Source of the DNA: Candidatus Aegiribacteria sp.
GTDB taxonomy: Bacteria > Fermentibacterota > Fermentibacteria > Fermentibacterales > JCC-6
Direction of reading: 5' to 3'
Assembly (NCBI GenBank): GCA_030594645.1
Contig: JAUVEU010000001.1
Location: 81,405 to 145,404 of the forward strand
DNA length: 64,000 bases
Shown here piece by piece: positions 18,556 through 26,909 of this stretch; the stretch's first letter is position 1; each line of letters opens with the position of its first letter. The notes under the pieces were generated by a model, which was not told the DNA's origin, did not search any database, and was given only the letters and a program-made list of their open reading frames with translations. A program made the translations under genes and the position numbers.

Positions 18556-20175
18556 ATGCGAATACTACAAATTATCGTAAAAACAATTTTAATCATTTTA
18601 CTTATTCCCTGTTTAAGCTGGGCAGCAACCTACTATGTAGATCAGAATCATCCTGAATCCAGTGATACAAATCCAGGTACAGAATCATTACCGTGGCTAA
18701 CGATTCAGAAAGCTGCCAATACGATTATTGCAGGTGACACGGTGTACATCAAAGAAGGAATCTACAATGAGCAGGTTATACCACAGAATTCAGGAAGTTC
18801 CGGAAACCACATTACATATCTTGCTTATCCTGGCGACACCATCACAATTGATGGCACCGGTATACCATTGCCGGATTGGTATGGAGTGTTTGATATCACA
18901 GGCAAAAGCTATATCAAGGTTTCAGGGTTAAGAGTAATTAACTCCACAGATTCTGGAATTCTTGCATGGGAATCAGATCATATCACAATCGAGAATAACT
19001 ATACCTATAATACGGTTTCCTCAGGCATCGGCGTCTGGATTTGCTCCAATATAATTATTGATGGCAATGAGGTTGAGCTTGCCTGTAATGATGGTATGCA
19101 GGAATGTATTACAGTGGCTGTCACCGATACTTTTGAAGTCATGAATAATCATGTTCACCATGGAGGTCCCGGGACTAATGGAGGCGAGGGTATTGATGCA
19201 AAGGATGGAAGTTCAAACGGGATAGTTTATAAAAACTATGTGCACGATATGAATTCGAACAGATTGGGTATTTATGTAGATGCGTGGGACAAACACACCT
19301 ATAATATTGATGTCTATCAGAATACTGTACATAATTGTGCTCATGGTATTACCGTAGCTTCCGAGGCAGGCGGTCTTCTTGAAAACGTCAGAATTTATAA
19401 CAATATCGCTTACGATAATGAGGAAGTTGGAATCTGGATTGCTAACTGGTCGTTGGCACCACAGCAACCAATGAAGGATATTTTTGTGATAAACAACACC
19501 CTTTACAACAATGGGAATGAATGGGGTGGCGGAATAAATGTGATGAATTCGGATGCGGAGTATGTTGTCATAAGAAACAACATTTGTAGCCAAAACCTGT
19601 CATTTCAAATCGTAATAGAAGATGCCCCGCAAAATCTCTTTGTTGACCATAATTTAATCGATGGGTTTCGTGGATATCCGGGAGAGATTTTCGGCAGCGA
19701 CAGTGTAGTAGGAGATCCTTTGTTCGTGAATTCAGCGGAAGCCGACTTTCATCTGCAGATAAATTCACCTGCCATAGATAGAGGTTCATCTGTTGATGCA
19801 CCGAACTTCGATTTTGATGGAAATACACGACCTCAAGGTGCTGGATATGATATTGGCGCTTATGAATATCTATTGACCGGTGTTGATGAACAATCCAATG
19901 GAACACAATTGATGTTCAGGCTATATCCAAATAATCCAAATCCGTTCAATTCCGCAACTAGAATATCGTACTACATTCCAAGCTCATGTTATGTGACATT
20001 AACCATCTACGATCTTTCAGGCAGGGCAGTTCAAACTTTAGTGAATGAAAGCCAAACTACCGGCAGCCGTTCAGTCGATTTTGATGGCGGTAATCTTTCC
20101 AATGGCGTTTACTTCTACCAGTTGAAAGCAGGCAATGAGTTCGTTGAGACAAGGACTATGATATTGTTACGATAG
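18556..20175 (+). CDS. Secreted right-handed parallel beta-helix (pectate-lyase-fold) protein with a T9SS C-terminal sorting domain.
   Basis: There is a signal peptide and many Asn-ladder repeats (IYNNIAYDN, VINNTLYNNGNEWGGG, IRNNICSQN). The C-terminal Por/T9SS CTD reads LYPNNPNPFNSATRISYYIP...TIYDLSGRAV...NGVYFYQLKAGN. The gene is AT-rich relative to its surroundings. Confidence 0.8.
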   Translation: MRILQIIVKTILIILLIPCLSWAATYYVDQNHPESSDTNPGTESLPWLTIQKAANTIIAGDTVYIKEGIYNEQVIPQNSGSSGNHITYLAYPGDTITIDGTGIPLPDWYGVFDITGKSYIKVSGLRVINSTDSGILAWESDHITIENNYTYNTVSSGIGVWICSNIIIDGNEVELACNDGMQECITVAVTDTFEVMNNHVHHGGPGTNGGEGIDAKDGSSNGIVYKNYVHDMNSNRLGIYVDAWDKHTYNIDVYQNTVHNCAHGITVASEAGGLLENVRIYNNIAYDNEEVGIWIANWSLAPQQPMKDIFVINNTLYNNGNEWGGGINVMNSDAEYVVIRNNICSQNLSFQIVIEDAPQNLFVDHNLIDGFRGYPGEIFGSDSVVGDPLFVNSAEADFHLQINSPAIDRGSSVDAPNFDFDGNTRPQGAGYDIGAYEYLLTGVDEQSNGTQLMFRLYPNNPNPFNSATRISYYIPSSCYVTLTIYDLSGRAVQTLVNESQTTGSRSVDFDGGNLSNGVYFYQLKAGNEFVETRTMILLR

Positions 20176-20241
20176 AAAATGGCTCCGCATAACAATGCAA
20201 ATCAACCTGACAGCAAAGAATTAGGGATGTGGGTTTCACCA

Positions 20242-20664
20242 CTACTTGCCAGGATTCTTCATTCTCCCGAAGATCAGTATCGAAATCCCCGTTCCTGCAG
20301 TAAGCCCTGTTAGAGTACGAAGTATGTTGCTGCTTTCATACGCTGTTTCGCTCTGAACGACACCATCTATGATCAGAGGAATGAGAAACAGTACTCCGAT
20401 CCAGAACGGGATTCGAATGGTATTGGGATACATGAAGGAAATCCCGACAGCAAGGCCGAACCAGAAGGCGGTACACCTTGCGCAGAGTCCGCTCGTTCCC
20501 CATGGCATTTGTATGCATCTTTCAGGTAATCTGTGACAGGTAGCCGACAGAATCGGATCGAAGATCTCTCCGGTTTTTCCCAGGACAGGGAAAGCGACTG
20601 ACAGGAGGAAGAATATTGCGGCGGGGACACCGAGCAGGAGAGCAAGGGTTGTTCTACCCTTCAT
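20242..20664 (-). CDS. DUF2085 family membrane protein.
   Basis: 140 aa with a CHR...R...CARCT motif and 4 TM helices. Its ATG overlaps the stop of an 18-codon uORF inside the right repeat copy (ATGA). Confidence 0.7.
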   Translation of the reverse strand: MKGRTTLALLLGVPAAIFFLLSVAFPVLGKTGEIFDPILSATCHRLPERCIQMPWGTSGLCARCTAFWFGLAVGISFMYPNTIRIPFWIGVLFLIPLIIDGVVQSETAYESSNILRTLTGLTAGTGISILIFGRMKNPGK

Positions 20665-20690
20665 GATTGTCCTAACTTAAAGATTTTAGT

Positions 20691-20758
20691 ACACGGGGAC
20701 ACGCAGCAGAGCGACATGTTTTTTGGGGACACCCACCATACAGTGGATGTCCCTGTGT
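20691..20758 (-). repeat. Right copy of the inverted element pair; it is the reverse complement of 16199..16262.
   Basis: Its reverse complement reads AGGGACATCCACTGTATGGTGGGTGTCCCCAAAAAACATGTCGCTCTGCTGCGTGTCCCCG. It ends 27 nt upstream of the DUF2085 start codon. Confidence 0.75.
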
Positions 20759-20795
20759 TTCAAAATGTTTAAATGTTAGGCCCGGCCCCCAAATG

Positions 20796-22397
20796 TTAAG
20801 GCTCGTCAATCCAGATGATCCTGGTCTGGTTGTCAGGGATGATCTCACCAAGCAGAGAAATGTATCCCGTGACAGCGTCCATCAGAGTCACGCCGACAGG
20901 TACTGATTCATGCTCCAGCATGATATCGTAACCGATATTACCAATAGCAAGGTAACCGGTGGTAACGAACCTGTAAATCATTTCAGGATCGAATGGTTCG
21001 CCGCCTATCAGCATATCTCCTATCTTCTCTCCATCTGGCATCGCCTGATTTCTGATTGCTGTAAGACCGCCGATCTCCATATCACGACGACGTCCCTGCA
21101 TTCCCGTTTCAAGGATTTCCTTGAGTTCCGCTCCGCTCAGTTCGAAAACGAAGAGATCCTCCTCAAATGGAATCGCCTGATATACAATTCTGGGCGTGAT
21201 CAGCCCTCTGGGTATTGCGGCTCTGATACCACCCCGGTTCATCAGAGCAACATCCGTATCAGTGCTCCAGAGCATTGCGTCAGCTACAAGCCTGCCCATA
21301 GGATGCTCGGCATTTCCCCTTGGTATCTGCTCGTTGGCCTCACCGATTATTTCATCCATACCGGCTTCAGCAATGATTCTGAAATTCTCTATCAAATCCG
21401 CGATTTCCTGATCAGGCCAGAATTCATCATGGAGAAGGCTTATATATTCCTCTCCTTCAGGAAGATCGTAGCCAATGAGTGTACCTGATTCGGTATCGAT
21501 AGCCAGCCTGATTCTTCCAATACCTGTTCCATTGGCGTATCCCTGAACCACAATTGTATGGTTTACCGGGCTTACCCATGGTTCTGCAAAACCCAGATGA
21601 ATATGTCCTGAGACGATAAGGTCTATTCCTGAAACCAGACAAGTCAGTTCTACATGGTTCATGCAGAAGTCCTTGGTGTATTCCTCGCCGGCGTTCCATG
21701 CGTCGTACACCCTCTCCAGATACTTGTCAGTGTCTCTGGGCTGACCCAGATGCGAAACGAGAATAATCAGATCGGCTCCCTGCTCCTCTACTTCCCGTAT
21801 GTACCGCTCAGTAGTTTCCACTTCATTGAGAAAGATGTAACTCCCGAGAAGTTCAGGCGTAACCAGTCCATATGTATCAGTCGTATTAAGTCCTATGAAA
21901 GCGATTTTCACACCTTCATAATCCAGAATTTCATATGGCAGAACAGGAGCGGGTATTTCCCCTGTGGTAGAATCCACGAAGTTGGCGCAGATCACAGGGA
22001 AATCAGCCTGTTCGGAAAGATCTATGGCATTATCTGCTCCGTCATCAAAATCATGGTTGCCGAGGGTTATCATGTCATACCCGATTGCATTCATCCATTC
22101 GATGATAAGCTTTCCACTTTCATAATTTCCGGTAGGTGTTCCCTGGTAGATATCACCAGCATCGATCAGCAGGCAGTACTCCCCGTTTTCCAGGCACTCT
22201 TCACGGACTCCATCAACATAAGCGCTTATATATGCGCCTCCGCCTATCATTGGCGGAAAATCAGGATTGAGAAACGAGGCTTCTCTTGGAACGATTCCTC
22301 CGTGTATATCATTGGTATGCAATATATTGAGATATATTGTACCGGCACTTACAGGAAGAATGATTCCCAGTAGCAGTATTGGCAGCAGTCTTTTCAC
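20796..22397 (-). CDS. Secreted bifunctional metallophosphatase / 5'-nucleotidase (UshA-like).
   Basis: Calcineurin-like phosphoesterase motifs are present (ILHTNDIHGG, GNHDFD), followed by a 5'-nucleotidase C-terminal domain. The start is called at GTG 22397 with a GGCGGGAG Shine-Dalgarno site after the upstream TAG stop, giving the signal peptide MKRLLPILLLG. Confidence 0.85.
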   Translation of the reverse strand: MKRLLPILLLGIILPVSAGTIYLNILHTNDIHGGIVPREASFLNPDFPPMIGGGAYISAYVDGVREECLENGEYCLLIDAGDIYQGTPTGNYESGKLIIEWMNAIGYDMITLGNHDFDDGADNAIDLSEQADFPVICANFVDSTTGEIPAPVLPYEILDYEGVKIAFIGLNTTDTYGLVTPELLGSYIFLNEVETTERYIREVEEQGADLIILVSHLGQPRDTDKYLERVYDAWNAGEEYTKDFCMNHVELTCLVSGIDLIVSGHIHLGFAEPWVSPVNHTIVVQGYANGTGIGRIRLAIDTESGTLIGYDLPEGEEYISLLHDEFWPDQEIADLIENFRIIAEAGMDEIIGEANEQIPRGNAEHPMGRLVADAMLWSTDTDVALMNRGGIRAAIPRGLITPRIVYQAIPFEEDLFVFELSGAELKEILETGMQGRRRDMEIGGLTAIRNQAMPDGEKIGDMLIGGEPFDPEMIYRFVTTGYLAIGNIGYDIMLEHESVPVGVTLMDAVTGYISLLGEIIPDNQTRIIWIDEP

Positions 22398-22410
22398 AAT
22401 CTGCTCCCGC

Positions 22411-23643
22411 CTAGATATCAAACACACGGCTGATGGAGAACATGAGCCTTGTGTCTGTTTCCTCTATTGTCAGGCTGTCACCGGAGGTAAAGGAAGGTAA
22501 ACCGGTTATCTCTGTCTGTTTCCACCGGTCAGGCGAGAAACTGGCTCCCATGTCCAGGTTCCAATCACCTATGTGAAAGCCCATCCCTGCAGTAAAGCTC
22601 ATTCTATCCAGTGAGCTGCTCAAGGGAGAGCGGTCGTAGCCAAATCCAAACCTGGCAACAGGTCCGCCTGGAAGCGTGTTCTCAACACCGGCGTGTACTC
22701 CCCAGGAGTTGAAAAGACCGAGATTCTCGTCCTCATACTCCATTGAGCCGTCAGGACTCCAGTAGAATTCACCAGTAAATCTGGACTTCAGACTGTTTCC
22801 GGGAATGTAAATGGAACCAAACCTTACTGTCATGGGAATGTCCAGATCATAATCGGTATCTGAGAAAGTGTTCCAGGATACAGGATCACCTGTTTCTTCC
22901 GGAGAGAAAGAAAGCGGCATCGGATATTCAACCGCTGCGCTTATGAAAACTCTCCTGTCCGGTATGAATAGGATGGAACCCCTGGTCACAATACCTGAAA
23001 CGGTTTCCTCACGTTGGGAGAGGATTCCTTCCTGCGTGGGATCAACATGCATTACTTCCCATGTTACATCTCTTGACCCCGTGATGTATCCTCCTGCAAA
23101 CCCGAAAGCAAGAACCTCGGACGGTGAAAAAGCAACTGCCAGATCAAACTCGTTCCTGATGCCGGATATCTCGAGATTTTCCTCGCCTGTTTTAACATAG
23201 GAATCGTCCCGCACAGTTCTTCCATAACTGTAAGTGAAAGTGCCTGGAACCCTCCATCCGGCGGCAAACGATAAAGCCTCTGGAAGTCCCGCAATGTTCC
23301 GGAAAGCAACTGCGGCACCTCCTGGAACGAAAACAAGGTTCTTGTTGAAAGCATATTCGGATTCACCGATTGAACTGCCGAAAATGTCATAGATCCTTCT
23401 CGTTCTTTTCTCAACAGCGTAGTCCAGACCCGCCGCGATCTCCACCTGAAGACCTTCTTCGGCAATTGCCAGAAGCGCAGGGTTTTCAAGAACCCCGAGA
23501 GCGGATACATCAAGAAAACCGCAGTTCCCCATGCCAAGAGCACTGGCTGAACCGGGCGTTCCTGTTTCACCAAGCCACATAACTTCTGGGAGCCCTGCGG
23601 TAATCGCCATTAATGAAATTATTCCTGCTGCAATGATATTCAT
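22411..23643 (-). CDS. Outer-membrane beta-barrel protein (FadL/PorV-like), hypothetical.
   Basis: 410 aa with a signal peptide, alternating beta-strand patterning and an aromatic-rich C-terminal strand (RLMFSISRVFDI). Confidence 0.55.
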   Translation of the reverse strand: MNIIAAGIISLMAITAGLPEVMWLGETGTPGSASALGMGNCGFLDVSALGVLENPALLAIAEEGLQVEIAAGLDYAVEKRTRRIYDIFGSSIGESEYAFNKNLVFVPGGAAVAFRNIAGLPEALSFAAGWRVPGTFTYSYGRTVRDDSYVKTGEENLEISGIRNEFDLAVAFSPSEVLAFGFAGGYITGSRDVTWEVMHVDPTQEGILSQREETVSGIVTRGSILFIPDRRVFISAAVEYPMPLSFSPEETGDPVSWNTFSDTDYDLDIPMTVRFGSIYIPGNSLKSRFTGEFYWSPDGSMEYEDENLGLFNSWGVHAGVENTLPGGPVARFGFGYDRSPLSSSLDRMSFTAGMGFHIGDWNLDMGASFSPDRWKQTEITGLPSFTSGDSLTIEETDTRLMFSISRVFDI

Positions 23644-23655
23644 ATTTCCTCCACC

Positions 23656-26088
23656 CTACCAGCGGAAATCAAGCTGACATCGGATGCCATAATCTGTTAC
23701 ATGATCGTTGAAATCCCTCACCGGACTGTTCGGATCACCCTCGTAATAAAAGCTGTCATCGGGATCAGGCCTGTAAAGACCGGTGCGGGGATAGAAAGTG
23801 TCCTTTCTGAGTACCCTGAGCCTGAGCTGCAGGTTATCAGACAAAATATTCTTGATGGTTACATAGAATTTGGTTCCATCTCCATCAAGGAAATCTATTC
23901 CAGTATCCTCGAACTCCCACTGACTCATACCGTCCGTGGACCATAGAGTCGTTCCACCAAGAACAGACAGATTCTCACTGAAGTTGTGTTCCCATCTCGC
24001 GGAGATGTAGCCACCGGACAGAAGCCGGTCATCACCATATCTTGGATTTGGAGTAAGTTCAACCATTCCGTACCGGAGCCTGACGTCAAAGTAGTCATGT
24101 CCGGTGGGAAGGAAAAAGGTTCTGAAGGTGAATTCCTGCGTACGCGATGTGGTTGGAATCACGTCATGCATTTTGGTTTTCTCCTGGTATTTGCATTTCA
24201 ATCTGAACCTGACAGGAAAAACAGGGCGATACTCGATCTCCCCCTGAAATCTGTAATTATCAAATCCCCATGGCAGAGAACGCCATATATCAAGATACAC
24301 TTTCGGGAATGTTATCTGCCTGCTCAACTGGAAACGGCTTTCAATGTAGACACCCTCTTCGGGCTTTGGTGTCGGCCATTCCGCAAGCTGCGAAGTAAGC
24401 GGGTCGTTGAGGTAATATGGTTTCTCAAAAACGGTATCATCGTATCTGAGCTGTTCCGCAAATCCACGGTTGTATGGATTAGTAAAGCCGATATCGTAGT
24501 GTCTCCAAATACCGAGCAGATAGAAATAGTCATTCTGCCACCTGGCCCTTGCGAGCGTGGCAATCGACTCGTTATCCTGCCGGACGAATTCTCCCTCAAG
24601 GCTGAAATTATCCAGAATTGTCTGAGCTGAGAAAGCAAGATAAGAGGATGAATTCCCTGCTGCAAGAACATCGTATTCCGGACATTCCCATGGTTGCGCA
24701 TCACCTGGAATATCCATGGTTCCTGAATCCGGAATGAGAGAATCACTGTAGGAAATATTCATGCCGCCTATACCGATCGCGGTCCCGCAGGGAAGGATTC
24801 CTCCAAGGTCAAAGAAACCGTACCCTCCATAAGTTGTTTCCTTTATCACATCAGCATATGGAGAAGTACGTGCAGAAGACATTATCAGAATATTCGGTGT
24901 TCCATCAATGTCTCTTACAGCGTCTCTTGATGCCGATGAATAGAATCCGTATCCAAGGAAAGGTCCCTCATGCATTTCCACGGCTCCACCGATCAAGGCG
25001 AACTGACGTGTTGAGGTAAGATCCGGATATAGTCCCCATGTACCGTAAGTGGAGCGGTACCAGAGCTCATCTGAATTATTCACCATCAGTCCCTGACCAA
25101 GTGATAGATTGTAATTTCCAAGTACGACCTGGTTCACAATACCGATGTTCTCCATCGATACAAAAACTTTGGCGACATCAAACCTTTGATTAAGGTCACC
25201 GAGATCCATATCCGATATCAGATCGAATCCAGCTGTGGAATTTCTTCCCCTGGAGAACCTTGTTCCACCCCGGAACCTGTCTCCAAATCCGACACGTACC
25301 CTGTGCTCCCAGCCGGTAACGTTCTGTGCTCCGAGAAGCTCTTCGTACTCGCTGTCGATTCTTTCAGCCCAGGCCACGCTGTCAGAGTCGGTATATCCTC
25401 TTTCACCGGTTTCTATGTCGTACTTCGCGGATCGAAGGCTGTTGAGCATTTCATATAATCCATCCTCATCAGATGATCTCCCGTCACCGCCATCGACAAC
25501 AACCCTGTAACCGCCGAAGAAATCCATAGAACTCAGGTCAAGTTCGCGGGTTGAAACGTAATCCCGCATATTCCTGTAGCCATAGTAACTCAGGTAATCC
25601 GCGTTTCGGAGTGAGGTAACGCTCGAAACAGGGCCAAGAGTGTTCAGTCTTCGCTCGACAGCCACCGCATCAATCAGACTTACTCTGTCCAGACTTCGGA
25701 GCTGCCACGAAGTTGCTGAATTAATCGGCAGAGGATGCAGAAGGTAATGCTCCCAGAGGTCTACAGCAGCGTCACCAGGGCCGTCCTCTGTAGCAAGTCT
25801 TTCCATTATTTCCAGTATATCGCTGGAAATTCTCCCTTCAGAAGGAGGGACAACCACGCAGTTACCGCGAAGCCACTGCAGTTCCACAGTCGTAAAACCA
25901 GGAATTTCCATAATATCGTAAATATTGAGAAGACCCCCTGTTTCATAAATGAAATCATAGAGGTCAGAGGCCTGTTGAGAATTCAATCCCTCAAGCGCCT
26001 GCAATTCCTGAAGAGATGCGGTATTCAGATCAAATCCGTTCGGGACAGACAAGCCAATAGCAACCGCCAGTATTAAACTAGAAACCAT
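23656..26088 (-). CDS. Large outer-membrane protein with two N-terminal helix-hairpin-helix (ComEA-like) motifs and a C-terminal beta-barrel-like region.
   Basis: 810 aa with a signal peptide. The HhH motifs are DLNTASLQELQALEGLNSQQASDLYDFI and PINSATSWQLRSLDRVSLIDAVAVERR. A long Gly/Tyr/Asp-rich beta region follows, ending ...RCQLDFRW. Confidence 0.6.
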   Translation of the reverse strand: MVSSLILAVAIGLSVPNGFDLNTASLQELQALEGLNSQQASDLYDFIYETGGLLNIYDIMEIPGFTTVELQWLRGNCVVVPPSEGRISSDILEIMERLATEDGPGDAAVDLWEHYLLHPLPINSATSWQLRSLDRVSLIDAVAVERRLNTLGPVSSVTSLRNADYLSYYGYRNMRDYVSTRELDLSSMDFFGGYRVVVDGGDGRSSDEDGLYEMLNSLRSAKYDIETGERGYTDSDSVAWAERIDSEYEELLGAQNVTGWEHRVRVGFGDRFRGGTRFSRGRNSTAGFDLISDMDLGDLNQRFDVAKVFVSMENIGIVNQVVLGNYNLSLGQGLMVNNSDELWYRSTYGTWGLYPDLTSTRQFALIGGAVEMHEGPFLGYGFYSSASRDAVRDIDGTPNILIMSSARTSPYADVIKETTYGGYGFFDLGGILPCGTAIGIGGMNISYSDSLIPDSGTMDIPGDAQPWECPEYDVLAAGNSSSYLAFSAQTILDNFSLEGEFVRQDNESIATLARARWQNDYFYLLGIWRHYDIGFTNPYNRGFAEQLRYDDTVFEKPYYLNDPLTSQLAEWPTPKPEEGVYIESRFQLSRQITFPKVYLDIWRSLPWGFDNYRFQGEIEYRPVFPVRFRLKCKYQEKTKMHDVIPTTSRTQEFTFRTFFLPTGHDYFDVRLRYGMVELTPNPRYGDDRLLSGGYISARWEHNFSENLSVLGGTTLWSTDGMSQWEFEDTGIDFLDGDGTKFYVTIKNILSDNLQLRLRVLRKDTFYPRTGLYRPDPDDSFYYEGDPNSPVRDFNDHVTDYGIRCQLDFRW

Positions 26089-26908
26089 AAGTCACCCCGG
26101 CCTGGTGAGTCAGGTCGAGCTGAGGATGCGTTATTACAGCGTATTCCACTGTAATACCTCTGATTGTTGTATTCAACCCTCCGGATATTGAGACCGGATT
26201 ACTCTGAACCCCTGCCAGGATGTTCACAGAGCCAAGGGGAAGAGCCTGGCCTACATGTATGCGTAAACCATTGAAATCCCTGGAGAAAGTCAATGCCGAA
26301 ATCATTCCGGTGACCGGTTCGTACCTGAGACCTGCGTCTATTCTTCTTCGGAGATATTCTCCACTTTCACCCAGTCTTGCCTGGAAAGGGTTCCTGATGG
26401 AGGCAGCGAGCATCCACCTTCTGTACATTCTAACCTGAAATCCCGCATTGACCGCGAAAGTGCTCGCGCTTCCGTACTCGGAAACACCATCAGAAATAAC
26501 AGCTCTGCAGAAAACAGGCTGGAGACCGAAAGACATATCTTTGGTAAGCATTCCGGCAAAGGTTATCGCCGCCATCTGTTCATTGTAGAGATCACCGCCG
26601 AAATAGCGAATGCTTGCTCCGCAGACCCAGGATTCACTTATCGGAAAGGCTCCATCGATTCCGTATGTTCCGAAATCCATATTCGTAAAAGGGAGCCTGC
26701 CTGATATGGTTACAGATGAAGATGTGCTTCCCGCTATGGATGCGGGGTTGAAAAGAAGCGCTCCGGTTCCATACAGCACAACTCCCGTTCCGCCCATGCC
26801 CTGCGATGTGATCCCTATTTCCATTTCCTCAAATGCCGCCCACGACTGCCCTGCAATGATCAGAAGGGCAAACAGAACCGTAGTCGTTCTCAAATACATT
26901 ATTGCCAC
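26078..26908 (-). CDS. Outer-membrane beta-barrel protein, hypothetical (PorP/PorQ-like size).
   Basis: 276 aa with a signal peptide ending SWA-AFEE, beta-strand patterning and a C-terminal GVTYGF. Confidence 0.5.
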   Translation of the reverse strand: MAIMYLRTTTVLFALLIIAGQSWAAFEEMEIGITSQGMGGTGVVLYGTGALLFNPASIAGSTSSSVTISGRLPFTNMDFGTYGIDGAFPISESWVCGASIRYFGGDLYNEQMAAITFAGMLTKDMSFGLQPVFCRAVISDGVSEYGSASTFAVNAGFQVRMYRRWMLAASIRNPFQARLGESGEYLRRRIDAGLRYEPVTGMISALTFSRDFNGLRIHVGQALPLGSVNILAGVQSNPVSISGGLNTTIRGITVEYAVITHPQLDLTHQAGVTYGF

Positions 26909-26909
26909 C

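Noticed and set aside
19213-19906. Minus-strand ORFs inside the beta-helix gene.
   Set aside because: The beta-helix gene is AT-rich and generates long spurious antisense frames. The translations are Ile/Asn/Tyr-rich nonsense.
24324-25510. Several 60-214 aa ORFs on both strands inside the 810 aa HhH/beta-barrel gene.
   Set aside because: They are nested within a continuous 2.4 kb ORF that has signal-peptide and domain support.
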